Assembly (NCBI GenBank): GCA_000002445.1
Contig: CP000069.1
Span: 1,088,001-1,152,000, forward strand
Direction: 5' to 3'
Length of the DNA: 64,000 nucleotides
DNA from: Trypanosoma brucei
Lineage: Eukaryota
Shown: piece by piece, positions 11,401 through 17,607 of the stretch
How the letters are laid out: every line of letters begins with the position of its first letter
Numbering within the stretch: the stretch's first letter is position 1
The notes under the pieces: generated by a model
Database searches by the model: none
What the model was told of the DNA's origin: nothing
What the model saw: only the letters and a program-made list of their open reading frames with translations
Position numbers and translations under genes: made by a program

Positions 11401-12145
11401 AGCATATGAATAACACACCATTGTTCGTATCACAGCATACGAGCAAGGTCCGAAACAAAACTCCCAGCGCAACCTCGCAGTAACTCTCTCCACGATTCAT
11501 GAGTGCCTTCGAAAGCGCCAGGAGAATCTGTCCTTCAACCCTTTGGTCAGGGGAATAGATGACAGCCCTGTTGCAAACCAAACAACGGGAAGCCACTAAC
11601 TTCATGTTCGCATTGGAAAAGCACTGCCGTTGTATAGACAGGTACTTGGGTGTGTCCTTGTCCAATAGGATTTCCGTCAAGCAATTGTTTTTTAATGCGA
11701 GGGCGAAGAGCTTACGTCCACTGCTCACACTCAATGGAACGTCACGTAGGTCAATCTTTTGCAATGTTTCGTGAAAACCAAGGTACTGCAACATTTGAGC
11801 GATATCTTCCGCAGTCAACTTACATCCTCTCATGGACAAACTCGCAACGGAAAGGCGCTGTAGTGTTGTGAGAATAGGGATGATACCGCGTTCACCCAAG
11901 TAGCCGTTATCAAAGTTGAAAACTGTCGACCCGGCTCGTAATTGCTTTACAAACGCGTTGTTTACATTTATTCCAATGCGCGCACACTCCGAACGGTAAA
12001 ACCTCTCAGCTTCACTGACTGAATGGATCCGATTCGAAGTGGTTGAGCTTGAAGGCGAAGGTGGAGCTAAGGGATCCACTGTCTCCTCACTGGGGGACGC
12101 GGCCAAACACTTAGTGGCCCCTTTCAAGTTTTCTTCCCCTTGCAT
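2477..12145 (-). CDS. Giant (3222 aa) multidomain protein with an LRR-like N-terminal region and repeated beta-sandwich (discoidin/F5-8 type C / galactose-binding-like) modules; function unknown
   Basis: An uninterrupted 9.67 kb minus-strand ORF. The N-terminal region has leucine-rich-repeat-like periodicity (LQRLSVASLSMRGCKLTAEDIAQMLQYLGFHETLQKIDLRDVPLS...NNCLTEILL). The central part carries at least three recurrences of a motif typical of galactose-binding-like beta-sandwiches (VVECSDDGVLWQTVG, VVECSSDAVEWRGVGV, VVEKRSVDGSSWQAVATL). An ORF this long is far beyond chance at this base composition. Confidence 0.8.
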   Translation of the reverse strand: MQGEENLKGATKCLAASPSEETVDPLAPPSPSSSTTSNRIHSVSEAERFYRSECARIGINVNNAFVKQLRAGSTVFNFDNGYLGERGIIPILTTLQRLSVASLSMRGCKLTAEDIAQMLQYLGFHETLQKIDLRDVPLSVSSGRKLFALALKNNCLTEILLDKDTPKYLSIQRQCFSNANMKLVASRCLVCNRAVIYSPDQRVEGQILLALSKALMNRGESYCEVALGVLFRTLLVCCDTNNGVLFICSYECKNKLSDDIVIMIESVLSEHLHGVKGTCPRNTTLQRCLVDNVARLERKRVNSEKLNAEGSTKVVNPLSSASSGATRCFDSSSADSSDAEEMHRKNHDDADACSVCGNHTLCLSNGAYRFLSQLHDDVTVDCYLRPSALLHLSRVMIKHQRFKPCSQLCVQHLVRFGLYSYGGVQVTNSMTGISLLSSLDIPLTQLSNDDFSIINFASAYIDDAAGEDTCCALTVASAMTDIEGVAIDPYMIYAVGRFLAKIPPTSLGMELRHACEVALMVGCLPVESAPFNRRKERPTRDFYYLWEKWCKVADMETLVRAAFSRRRQGLFIVDGPHSNLFDNTRAVLWAFRKMRRSILIVMRFCVEWLALPNGVIPNESPMGRSFHTTLKVVGQTNIHNTIYVICQSNFGENVGNRGFFYVPRSVFNLYVSSDACIFVDSNVFALSNGEKISLHASRYLPKKVIGIVENCQVLHEAFNYMSDICLSTDGGGLEGSRVFSEAIRFPPALLFFAYRTGECHISQSQWKLLRTLRQLCLTESTRSLVLFYLSEVLGPNAVEWVARLLHDLVNLPPYPARLQMGSGTATREHVRERSGDIEWNQVMGLLSESTTMLTLSSSLPVDRVEKKRLTKRVSRPANRKKDAPIITQDPFHEDLLGMWSFMRKEAESQRKSGGRSKPNGGRLVLPLSAQMEKGITARALAQEPEVVPPSLIGETWHSICLCTKDGNLTEYALFFIKDHVCCFNVENRSMNIPLQPMSKTLGLNSFPFMGGFDCAFNSPVNPRTAYFFCGEEWLEWDSYRQRCSGGLFKLRCHKQFRSLPEKFLSGINAAVPVANTPLVFFFCQLEYVVFNITERCLVGGPMRVGDHGKGNAGETIFGPSLSKVFPHGPMATMLMWEKSGETEESQEQEDNNNNNWASMGSIRSTREESLVGTTAKISANNNNGDGKGSSITHEKEMVVMLIGRCGRVATVKNFIYSPDAKCEVRFETIPSSVLSRLPMAFRQNTMTALGSICRTVLETECSVHDVILCDAHRSVHRECTVTSTLTQSAECAENLLSVVLPHNFTTVAPLLCESAVFVQTEESLLGEPSQTIEVRYDPMNPCAFGALVIVLNLSCIEPRVLQVAPVEVLLESSDDGIAYVRHAHFFITSSITPVCWGVSHVGCVWRVRFVSKLPVGTGVVRLLLYEVMHVVGTIPVDPTVALPPLESTLVTIDAPCLLSPARDILNCLTPGAVFTTSTSAGWFERHCILPLLPNGDFCLLFCGPHFVELDCSNGVVVGHRAVPIAAHPAFDTLPAPFLRGVNAAFYPNVRTPNIVAFISGSHVILWDIEKGAFASGGGGVQSAATMFKDLPWKMEEVENIVQIWSQPEEVFVIKSPHVLRWNIVTSELVEGPMRLSNSTYFRHPAFEGKKILCAASFPKYPTRFYTFCEDLVAALDVETQGITNLTEAKPVSQSEVFFPVTWYLRWGIRRHDCVINLDFKNYQKLLVGVTMQSSEPCDDNWVVECSDDGVLWQTVGRHHQITSRCRTIWGSERVGHHSRRFWRFSLECEEVDSRHEYPVLYFHMLLLTVSSVSSRVLPVRVACSGTLNGPMSSLFVDDKVTVAFENPVDESGATKVVRQHLIVDYGEREPSDVMEFSCICVGKPRPVMWIISCSSNGEQWEVCGTWHSHDHYFRAAWHPRGPRRFWSVELEAREQSTIYENLTFFEYTGPSVYLEDSLYLSCLLDPFVLCEVGSSGDTVANVVVPAEVGSSIVLDSKQDATQVVGVCMICHENKSPYTAFVVECSSDAVEWRGVGVTFNLRGNLAQAAWDVSDCCQYWRLRVTQRVGTSPLRICSIRFDTPKPTLYHHVDSKGDIAAGSSGKDLNLRGNCTEVVAVEAELPPLSSFVVEKRSVDGSSWQAVATLRNDDSADSRKVRQGWKPRGMSSHWRLRPVLAEDNLEETCFSSKSGPFISWKKECDVQAEWYSFIGKAFVRYDFSKAPDVKMAVEKFDEVRLPIFLSDNNAKTVVLRSRGMETEASVSWFFDSDTSPHFKQVFVNGRVETNPDAEAELEKLAALEVTSASSPRAPKKTGKKISKASTAQQEEIVKAIEMEEEVLVIVVETSNNGVDYVPVAERPFSPKGNSLSFFVDTPTSYWRVRFKGIPKASFLELFEVFWSLEKGARTKLSSLLRCPLSDSMYETWKNAAYSHEDEFCQQCRAGYDQARSVVSGLREPEDIEHHGRIAQYFMRFKSEYIAFQSKVFRNASKAKNLPDNKYISTERRSGNDFMYLLHAVAERYSCGVDKLNMLIANPMLVSRDFSIEKESVSWFYPKIVEGGTLAESFYGFHNARAFVIILWSMSLHVQRNTDLLVTKKINALNEHVASVMVLVEIKEINWLAIEHFPRLPLLYHVGFSGQPVLIAFTLNTLVFTPRYRLTFPGCSPLPLNHQMQLFPGVNFIRRTSLATCPCPIFDKLLLLYTLQFLENTKTEIILSAPTMDSPNATVRFTLPGNDINFGLRGLVIGYMVFEIELCMKATNVDPSEMALPVTEHKRINFVSYDTQFDSGEGTEPIIELTLAGSIGYPDEQILISGMSPSARYDIGDVFPDAFISDLSINFNAVLGHQPQSFLQPTVNLSGTLVVPACGSFVCRLQRVALNRNFESLSMEVSEMPLASLVTLSDKLVGSLQKGVDVSWMEGIPMYFSLELQLEYVERRLTGRGTFTLDGIEGDVLVTLSTQGFGATGNFNTVRIGAVCLQGKDERHQVLVNVASLANGHLSVRLDGYSYLFAPRPYPTRVEISQRGVVCISTGVFYDVCIEEDSIFPSKKYANVLLSKDLFSKCLEEELREIPLITALLAKGVEFSFVVDDVFAPQCMLERQLVFITVRGVLMGCYFDVTVPVTQPDNTVEEAKKISKELLPRVIEQCDMPLWALYHMFVGCVERCGSAASGGEGGDADDNNSDGTNLSVEGSASRPQRGDTSRRQCDGVFLSRWIQQERGVFEEGL

Positions 12146-12409
12146 TAATGACTCTTTTCGCCTCTTCTTTTTGTTTTTATCGTTTTTTCCTTCTTCCCCT
12201 TCTACTTCCTTCCTCCACTTTAAAAATAGATCTAACCTTTATATTAACCCTTCGGTGGTCTCTAAATGGTAAGGGACTGTGTGCACCTTGTTTTATTATT
12301 TTACCTTCTGTTTCAATTTATGTGGTCCTTTTCGGCAGCACGCGGCCGTGCAGACGTACGGACTTTAATATTTAGTTACCGACGTAAGTGAGCACGCGGA
12401 ACCCCCGTC

Positions 12410-12470
12410 ACAAAATAATGAGGAAATAATAAAAAGAAATTAACCAGGAGAATATAACATAAAACCCTCA
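12410..12470 (-). promoter_or_regulatory. Candidate polypyrimidine tract (minus strand) with a downstream AG; possible trans-splice acceptor signal for the giant gene
   Basis: The plus strand is purine-rich here (aaaataatgaggaaataataaaaagaaattaaccaggagaatataacataaaa), so the minus strand is T/C-rich. It lies 265-325 nt upstream of the ATG at 12145. This is inference from kinetoplastid mRNA-processing rules, not from any recognisable consensus. Confidence 0.3.
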
Positions 12471-12711
12471 CTACCATGACAGTGCGACCCCTCTCCTCCT
12501 CCTGGTACGAGGAATAATTATGTTGAATTAGTAAATAGAGAGCGGCTCACAAAACAAATGCTTTTTCCTTCGTTCAATACCAACCTTCAAAAAAAAAGCG
12601 TGGCAATTAATTTACCCTTGCCAACTTCGCACACGACAATCACATTGCCTCTGGTGCCAACAGTTACACCTGATTGATGGATATGGTGCTGTCAAAGCTA
12701 TTTTTCCTTTT

Positions 12712-13452
12712 TTATTCTTGCTTTTTATTTGCGTCTTCCCTTTCCCCAGCCTGAGAACCTATCGAGTGGTGTTTTAAGGTTCCGACTAGGCGCAGTTTAT
12801 TATTCTCCTCTACGAAAGGGGAAGTGTTGCGGATTATATAAGCCGACACGCCAGCCTCCAACCCAGCAGAGACGATAGCCTCCAATAGTTCCTCGCCACA
12901 TTCAGGAATCATAACGGAAAATGAAGAAAGGTACGCCCGCAAAAGTATTTGAAGGGGAAGCATTAGTAAAACACGTGTGGTGCAGCATTTTTTGGTCCCG
13001 AGATGGCGGCGACGGTACCATAGTTTTGCAAGTGTGAGCGCCACTGAGGGCATTTGCCACACGAAAAAGTCCAAATCCCACTCCGATGTAGACGAGAAGG
13101 CATAAACGGCGTACGATGCAAAGCGTCCCGGAGAAAAGAGGTCCAACGTTCGCAAAATCTCCGACCAGCCAGTGAGCGTGTAATCAAAAAGGAAACGTGG
13201 GGTTGTCACCGCAGCAAGGTACCGCACTGGGCAAATAATCACTGAAACACCAATTTCTAGTCCCTGGGAAGCCACATACGAAATCATTGACTGCTTCGAC
13301 TGTGAAACAGAACCTCTACGACGTAGCACATACTGCGAAAACAGGCCTCGTCCCGTGTAGTAAGTGACAGAATAAATAATGAGACGTAAAAAAGATCCAA
13401 AGACCAGCCGGAGTGTCTCTACACGCGAGTCGATAGTTGGTAGATGCTCCAT
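12712..13452 (-). CDS. Hypothetical multi-pass membrane protein (about 246 aa from the internal Met MEHLPTIDS)
   Basis: A 294-aa minus-strand ORF with several hydrophobic stretches (LRLVFGSFLRLIIYSVTYY; GLEIGVSVIICPVRYLAAV; VLLMLPLQILLRAYLSSF). The first 48 codons come from low-complexity sequence, so the ATG at 13450-13452 is preferred. No family was recognised. Confidence 0.45.
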   Translation of the reverse strand: MEHLPTIDSRVETLRLVFGSFLRLIIYSVTYYTGRGLFSQYVLRRRGSVSQSKQSMISYVASQGLEIGVSVIICPVRYLAAVTTPRFLFDYTLTGWSEILRTLDLFSPGRFASYAVYAFSSTSEWDLDFFVWQMPSVALTLAKLWYRRRHLGTKKCCTTRVLLMLPLQILLRAYLSSFSVMIPECGEELLEAIVSAGLEAGVSAYIIRNTSPFVEENNKLRLVGTLKHHSIGSQAGEREDANKKQE

Positions 13453-13786
13453 AACATCTATGCACAAGACTAAAAATTGACACTGCCAAGTGGAATCCTT
13501 TTGTGTCTTCAAAACATCAAATAACAAGAAGAAAAGCAAAAAGCAATGAAATTGGAAATTGGAAGGGAAGTGCGGCAACAAACTTGTGCAACACACAAAC
13601 TAAAAGAGATCAGCGTTGCAGTTCGTAAATCGGAATGAAAAGCAGACGAGAAATGAAGCAGCGTGCACATGCGCGGACAGAAGAAAATAAAAAATTATAG
13701 TGGTTGAACGGGACACAGTTACAACAGAACAACACAGAACATGAAGTTTTTCGCACCGACAAGTATGAAAGAAAGAACTGAAATTT

Positions 13787-15082
13787 TCATGGGGCTTGTA
13801 AAGGTGGCACTTTATCCCGTGGAAGCCTGATAGTCGGCGAAACCAAAATGAAAGGTTTGGGAAGCGTACCCGCTACCGGGGAGAGAAACGAAAAGAATGT
13901 TTCCCCTACCTCCAGAAGAACAATAAACCCGGCAACATTTATATCGTTGACTGCTTCTAGGGAATCTGTCCAAGAAACAGCAGCTAAACTAAGAGGTTCA
14001 ACGTCCTTCCAGGAAAGAGGTTCCAACTTTAAAGCGTGGATGAAGTGAACGTCCTTTACGTAACAAACAGCTCTGTAAGACAATAAAGGGGTACGTTTCG
14101 TCCCTTGAAAGTAACTTACAATTTGCTCTGCACGCCAGCTGTCGCGAACGTTACCCTTGCGCTTGAACACTCCCGTTTGCTTTGGGTATTTGAGAAAAAT
14201 GATTTTCTCGTCGATCACTGCATTACGCAAGGTTTCTGTAAGTTTGTTACCTGAACCACAGACTACAACATGCGTGATACTGAACACGGAAAGTAGCTGA
14301 AAAAGGAGGTCAAGCCCCATGTCAGTTACCCACCCCATAGTATTCACAATAACGCCACCGGCAGCAAATTTTGGGGTGGCCAAACTAAAAGATATAATTC
14401 CCCGTGCCAACGATGCACATAGATCCAAATATCGTCCTCGAGTGGAAGCATTTACGGTTTTATCACCAAAGAAGGCCGTTAATGGCATCACCGTATTAAA
14501 CCCCTCATCAATCGGTAAATAGTTATCAACAAACGCTGTTGCAACACTTCCTGGGCAGGTAATACCTTGTTGCCCAACATCCACGTCCACAAGGGCAACC
14601 CCATGAACCTGCGATGCGACTGCCATATTCGCAAGTGAGCGGCACAAACTACTCTTCCCGGTATTCACGTCACCAACTACGAGGACACGTGGGCCCCATG
14701 GCCCCTCCTTCAAAGAGTTTGATGACGTGCCTCCAGGATTGGTGTCGTTTAAAGACGGTACACCGCGTTTGCTGGCTTCATGGCGCGCGAAATCAAGCAC
14801 AGCATGGATGTCATACACATCAGTACGAATATATGTTACCACGCTGGTGAAATCCCCTCCCACGTGAAGTCGACACGCCACAGGAGATACCACTGGTATG
14901 CTACACATGGAAAAGTCGTAGCGGGTATTTTTTTTTAGAGGTGCACCAAAAATGGTCGCTGCTCCATCCGTAAGTACAACATACCCCGAACTACGAAAGC
15001 GGATTTTTAGTTCTTTGCGCTCCAAATTGAATTCTTCAGTGCGACAATTAGAAGACATGCCGCTGCTATTCACCACGGCCAA
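13787..15082 (-). CDS. CLP1: CLP1-family polynucleotide 5'-kinase (pre-mRNA cleavage factor / tRNA-splicing kinase homologue)
   Basis: A 431-aa ORF. N-terminal FNLERKELKIRF, the P-loop RVLVVGDVNTGKSSLCRSLANMAV followed by LVDVDVGQQGITCPGS, and a later NTMGW motif match the three-domain CLP1/Grc3 architecture. Compare human CLP1 FELERETELRF and RVMVVGPTDVGKSTVCR...ELDVGQGSVSIPG. Confidence 0.8.
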   Translation of the reverse strand: MAVVNSSGMSSNCRTEEFNLERKELKIRFRSSGYVVLTDGAATIFGAPLKKNTRYDFSMCSIPVVSPVACRLHVGGDFTSVVTYIRTDVYDIHAVLDFARHEASKRGVPSLNDTNPGGTSSNSLKEGPWGPRVLVVGDVNTGKSSLCRSLANMAVASQVHGVALVDVDVGQQGITCPGSVATAFVDNYLPIDEGFNTVMPLTAFFGDKTVNASTRGRYLDLCASLARGIISFSLATPKFAAGGVIVNTMGWVTDMGLDLLFQLLSVFSITHVVVCGSGNKLTETLRNAVIDEKIIFLKYPKQTGVFKRKGNVRDSWRAEQIVSYFQGTKRTPLLSYRAVCYVKDVHFIHALKLEPLSWKDVEPLSLAAVSWTDSLEAVNDINVAGFIVLLEVGETFFSFLSPVAGTLPKPFILVSPTIRLPRDKVPPLQAP

Positions 15083-15088
15083 CGAAAG

Positions 15089-15111
15089 ATAATAATAATA
15101 ATAATAATAAT
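15089..15111. repeat. (AAT)n trinucleotide microsatellite immediately 5' of the CLP1 start codon
   Basis: Direct reading: ataataataataataataataat. Confidence 0.9.
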
Positions 15112-15442
15112 CTATCTCCGGTCTCCCTTCAACCGTTTGTTTCTTCCCTCGTACTGTGCTGGTAATCGCGGTGCTTGTGTGTGTTACGGAAAAGGGGAGC
15201 GCGAAAGTAATCCAAAGTTATTCGATGTTTTCGAAAACGAAGCCCCTACCTTCACTTTGAACCGAAAGAGGAAAGCGAAACGACCCACGCACCATCATAC
15301 CGAAGTGCCAATTGGGCCGAAAAGAGAAACATAAATACCCTCGCAACAACACATGGAAATAAGTAGTGAAACCCATAAATGGGGGTATAAACGAGGACGA
15401 AACAACCAATTCATAGTCCAAAGCACACTGACGAGCGCAGCT

Positions 15443-16213
15443 TCAGGGGAAAAGTTTCAAATTCCCAGTAATGGGATTAACTTCACTCGAGGGAACAGGT
15501 CCAACAGCCACAACTACTAAATCCTCCTCAATATCTCTCACCGCACTTGGAGGATTCCCCACAGGAACACCAGGAGCATCACCACGGCTTCTGCTGCAGC
15601 ACGGCAATCCACGCTCCTGTGCACTCACCAAGACACGTCGCAATGTTTCCACATCGGGACCTTTCAGTGCTATTTTTGCGCAACCAACCATGTTCCACCA
15701 CAGATACCATCTTTTCCACTGTACGCATGCCCCATCACTTTGTATAGTTTGAGCGAGATGCATAGCTGCACCAGCGGCGTGCGTGGCCACCTCACTGGCA
15801 GGTGTCTTCTTACCGTCACAACGGATGACAAGAACCATTTTGAGACCAAGCTCCTCCATTCTCTCAAACCCGCTGCTTCCAGAAGAATATGAAGTCTCCT
15901 CCTCGTCTCCCTCGCTGGACTCGGCACTGTCGCTGCTATCACTATGCAAACATTGCTCTTGAGATTCGTCAGCTGATTGCTGCCCCAGTTTAGATAAAGT
16001 AGCCGCACGTTCCTTTTTCAACAGTTCTTTCAACGCCTCGCTAGCACGATCGATCCGCGGAGGCAAAGGCTTCTGTTTTCTAGTTTTCATTTGCCACACC
16101 CCAAGTTGCGCGACAACCCCAGGGAGAATGAAGCCGAGGAAGAAACCAGCCAAACAGGATAGCAAGGTTTGTATGCTGGTTCCTGTATCCCCCAACACGT
16201 TTCCCTCCAACAT
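15443..16213 (-). CDS. Peptidyl-tRNA hydrolase PTH2 family with N-terminal transmembrane anchor and acidic Ser-rich linker
   Basis: The C-terminal 130 aa (MVLVIRCDGKK...AGAAMHLA...AKIALKGPDVETLRRVLVSAQERGLP...LVVVAVGPVPSSEVNPITGNLKLFP) align by eye with the PTH2 domain (KMVLVVRTDLGMGKGK...KVVLKV...ELLEL...LGLP...VLAIGPAP...VTGHLKLL). The ORF's first ATG at 16273 abuts a (TA)n repeat. The Met at 16211-16213 (MLEGNVLGDTG...) is the preferred start, and 16273 is the alternative. Confidence 0.7.
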   Translation of the reverse strand: MLEGNVLGDTGTSIQTLLSCLAGFFLGFILPGVVAQLGVWQMKTRKQKPLPPRIDRASEALKELLKKERAATLSKLGQQSADESQEQCLHSDSSDSAESSEGDEEETSYSSGSSGFERMEELGLKMVLVIRCDGKKTPASEVATHAAGAAMHLAQTIQSDGACVQWKRWYLWWNMVGCAKIALKGPDVETLRRVLVSAQERGLPCCSRSRGDAPGVPVGNPPSAVRDIEEDLVVVAVGPVPSSEVNPITGNLKLFP

Positions 16214-16267
16214 ACACCACTTTAAACAAGCGAAAACACCAAACAAGCAAGTGAAAAAGGAAGGGAT

Positions 16268-16271
<4 letters not shown>

Positions 16272-16298
<27 letters not shown>

Positions 16299-16317
16299 GA
16301 TAGATAGATAGATATAG
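16272..16317. repeat. Compound (TA)n(TAGA)n microsatellite
   Basis: Direct reading: atatatatatatatatatatatatagatagatagatagatatagatg. Confidence 0.9.
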
Positions 16318-17607
16318 ATGGACATAACGATTGTACAAGCGCTCATCTACAGTTTCAAATCAAGCATGTGGCTGAAGGCATGAGCACGCGTTTTAAGTGC
16401 TTATGCCCTCATGTGGCTGTGTAGTAGTGAATGTATAAAGGTTTGAATGACAAGGTGTATATTAGTTCACAAAGGAACATGCGCCAAAAGAAATCAGGTA
16501 ATATACTTCAATGCACGACCGCAATGCCTTGAAAAGCTAATGTGTTTATTCTACAGATATACATACGTCGCACCAGACCACAACACATGAACTCACATAC
16601 ACACTTCGTCCCTCTTTCGATCCGCTTAACACAATTTGCCGCACCCACAACAATACATATTAACATATATAAATATATTTATGCATATTTGTATATATGT
16701 ATTATTTCTTTGATTATTTGATTATTTTTTTTCTTTTAAAAGTAGAAAGTGAAAGGAATGATTAGCAGGAGGAAAGTTGCTGCTACCAACCACGTAACGC
16801 TGACTGTGTTTATGTGTGAAACCGCACACCAGATGAGCTGGGTAGCATAGTAGGCCGCAAAAAAAAAAAATGGTGATTGTAAAAAAAAAAAGGTAAACAA
16901 AGCGATTGATAAACGATGGACAAGGTAAGCGAGGGAAAGAATGCCACAAACAAAACAACAGAGAAAACGAAGGGAAAAAACATGAATGTTCAGAAATAAA
17001 CAAACTAAACGCTTTAGAGAACGCATCGGGTTGACGCTGGCAAATGCAGCCAGAAGAGATATACATCGTGTGCTATATATCTGCATTCACATGCTTGTTT
17101 GCTTGCTCGCGCTCGCCAGTGCGAACTCTGTTTTTTTCCCCCCTTCTCCCTCCATGTGGCATAACGGTAAAATACAATTCTTCTGCTTTCTTTTTGCGGC
17201 TCCTTTGTGGATGAAACCCGGGGAACACGCAGCGTATCGTCCACCGCCCCTTTTCCGACATACCGGTATCTCACCGTTGTCGATATGCATTATCCAATAG
17301 CATAAACAAACCAAATTATTTCTCTCTCTCTCTCTTAAGAAAACAAAAAGTAAGGAGTCAGAACGATGACTGTTCTCGCTCATTAACCCCAACACAATAA
17401 CTGTTCTATAAATAAGCATAACAAAAAAGGTAAGCACTGAAACTTCCGTCCCAGGGAGGGTGTAGTCGTAATTCCCTGAACTTCATAACACCGACCAAAA
17501 ATGAAACAAACTTGTTCACACAACACCTTACCCAATGTGCCTTATAAAGTAAAAAAAGACAACGTACCGTATGAAAATAGACACAGATACACGTACACAT
17601 ATGTACC

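Noticed and set aside
2435-12145. Numerous 60-160 aa plus-strand ORFs overlapping the giant gene (for example 3747-4241, 8354-8788, 9084-9473)
   Set aside because: They are expected by chance across a 9.7-kb ORF on the opposite strand. None shows recognisable motifs.
12146-12711. Upstream in-frame extensions of many genes to the first ATG of the ORF (for example 2045, 13596, 22929, 42484, 46092, 57817)
   Set aside because: These N-terminal extensions translate low-complexity, microsatellite-adjacent spacer sequence (for example MCVCVLCLCV, MGKKGGKKYPFLLYSFYLPIF). Internal Met codons that begin the conserved or compositionally normal part were preferred. The true starts need SL-site mapping.
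16080-16346. 88-aa minus-strand ORF MSACTIVMSIYIYLSIYIYIYIYIY
   Set aside because: It is an in-frame read-through of the (TA)n(TAGA)n microsatellite and overlaps the 5' end of the PTH2 gene. It is not a gene.
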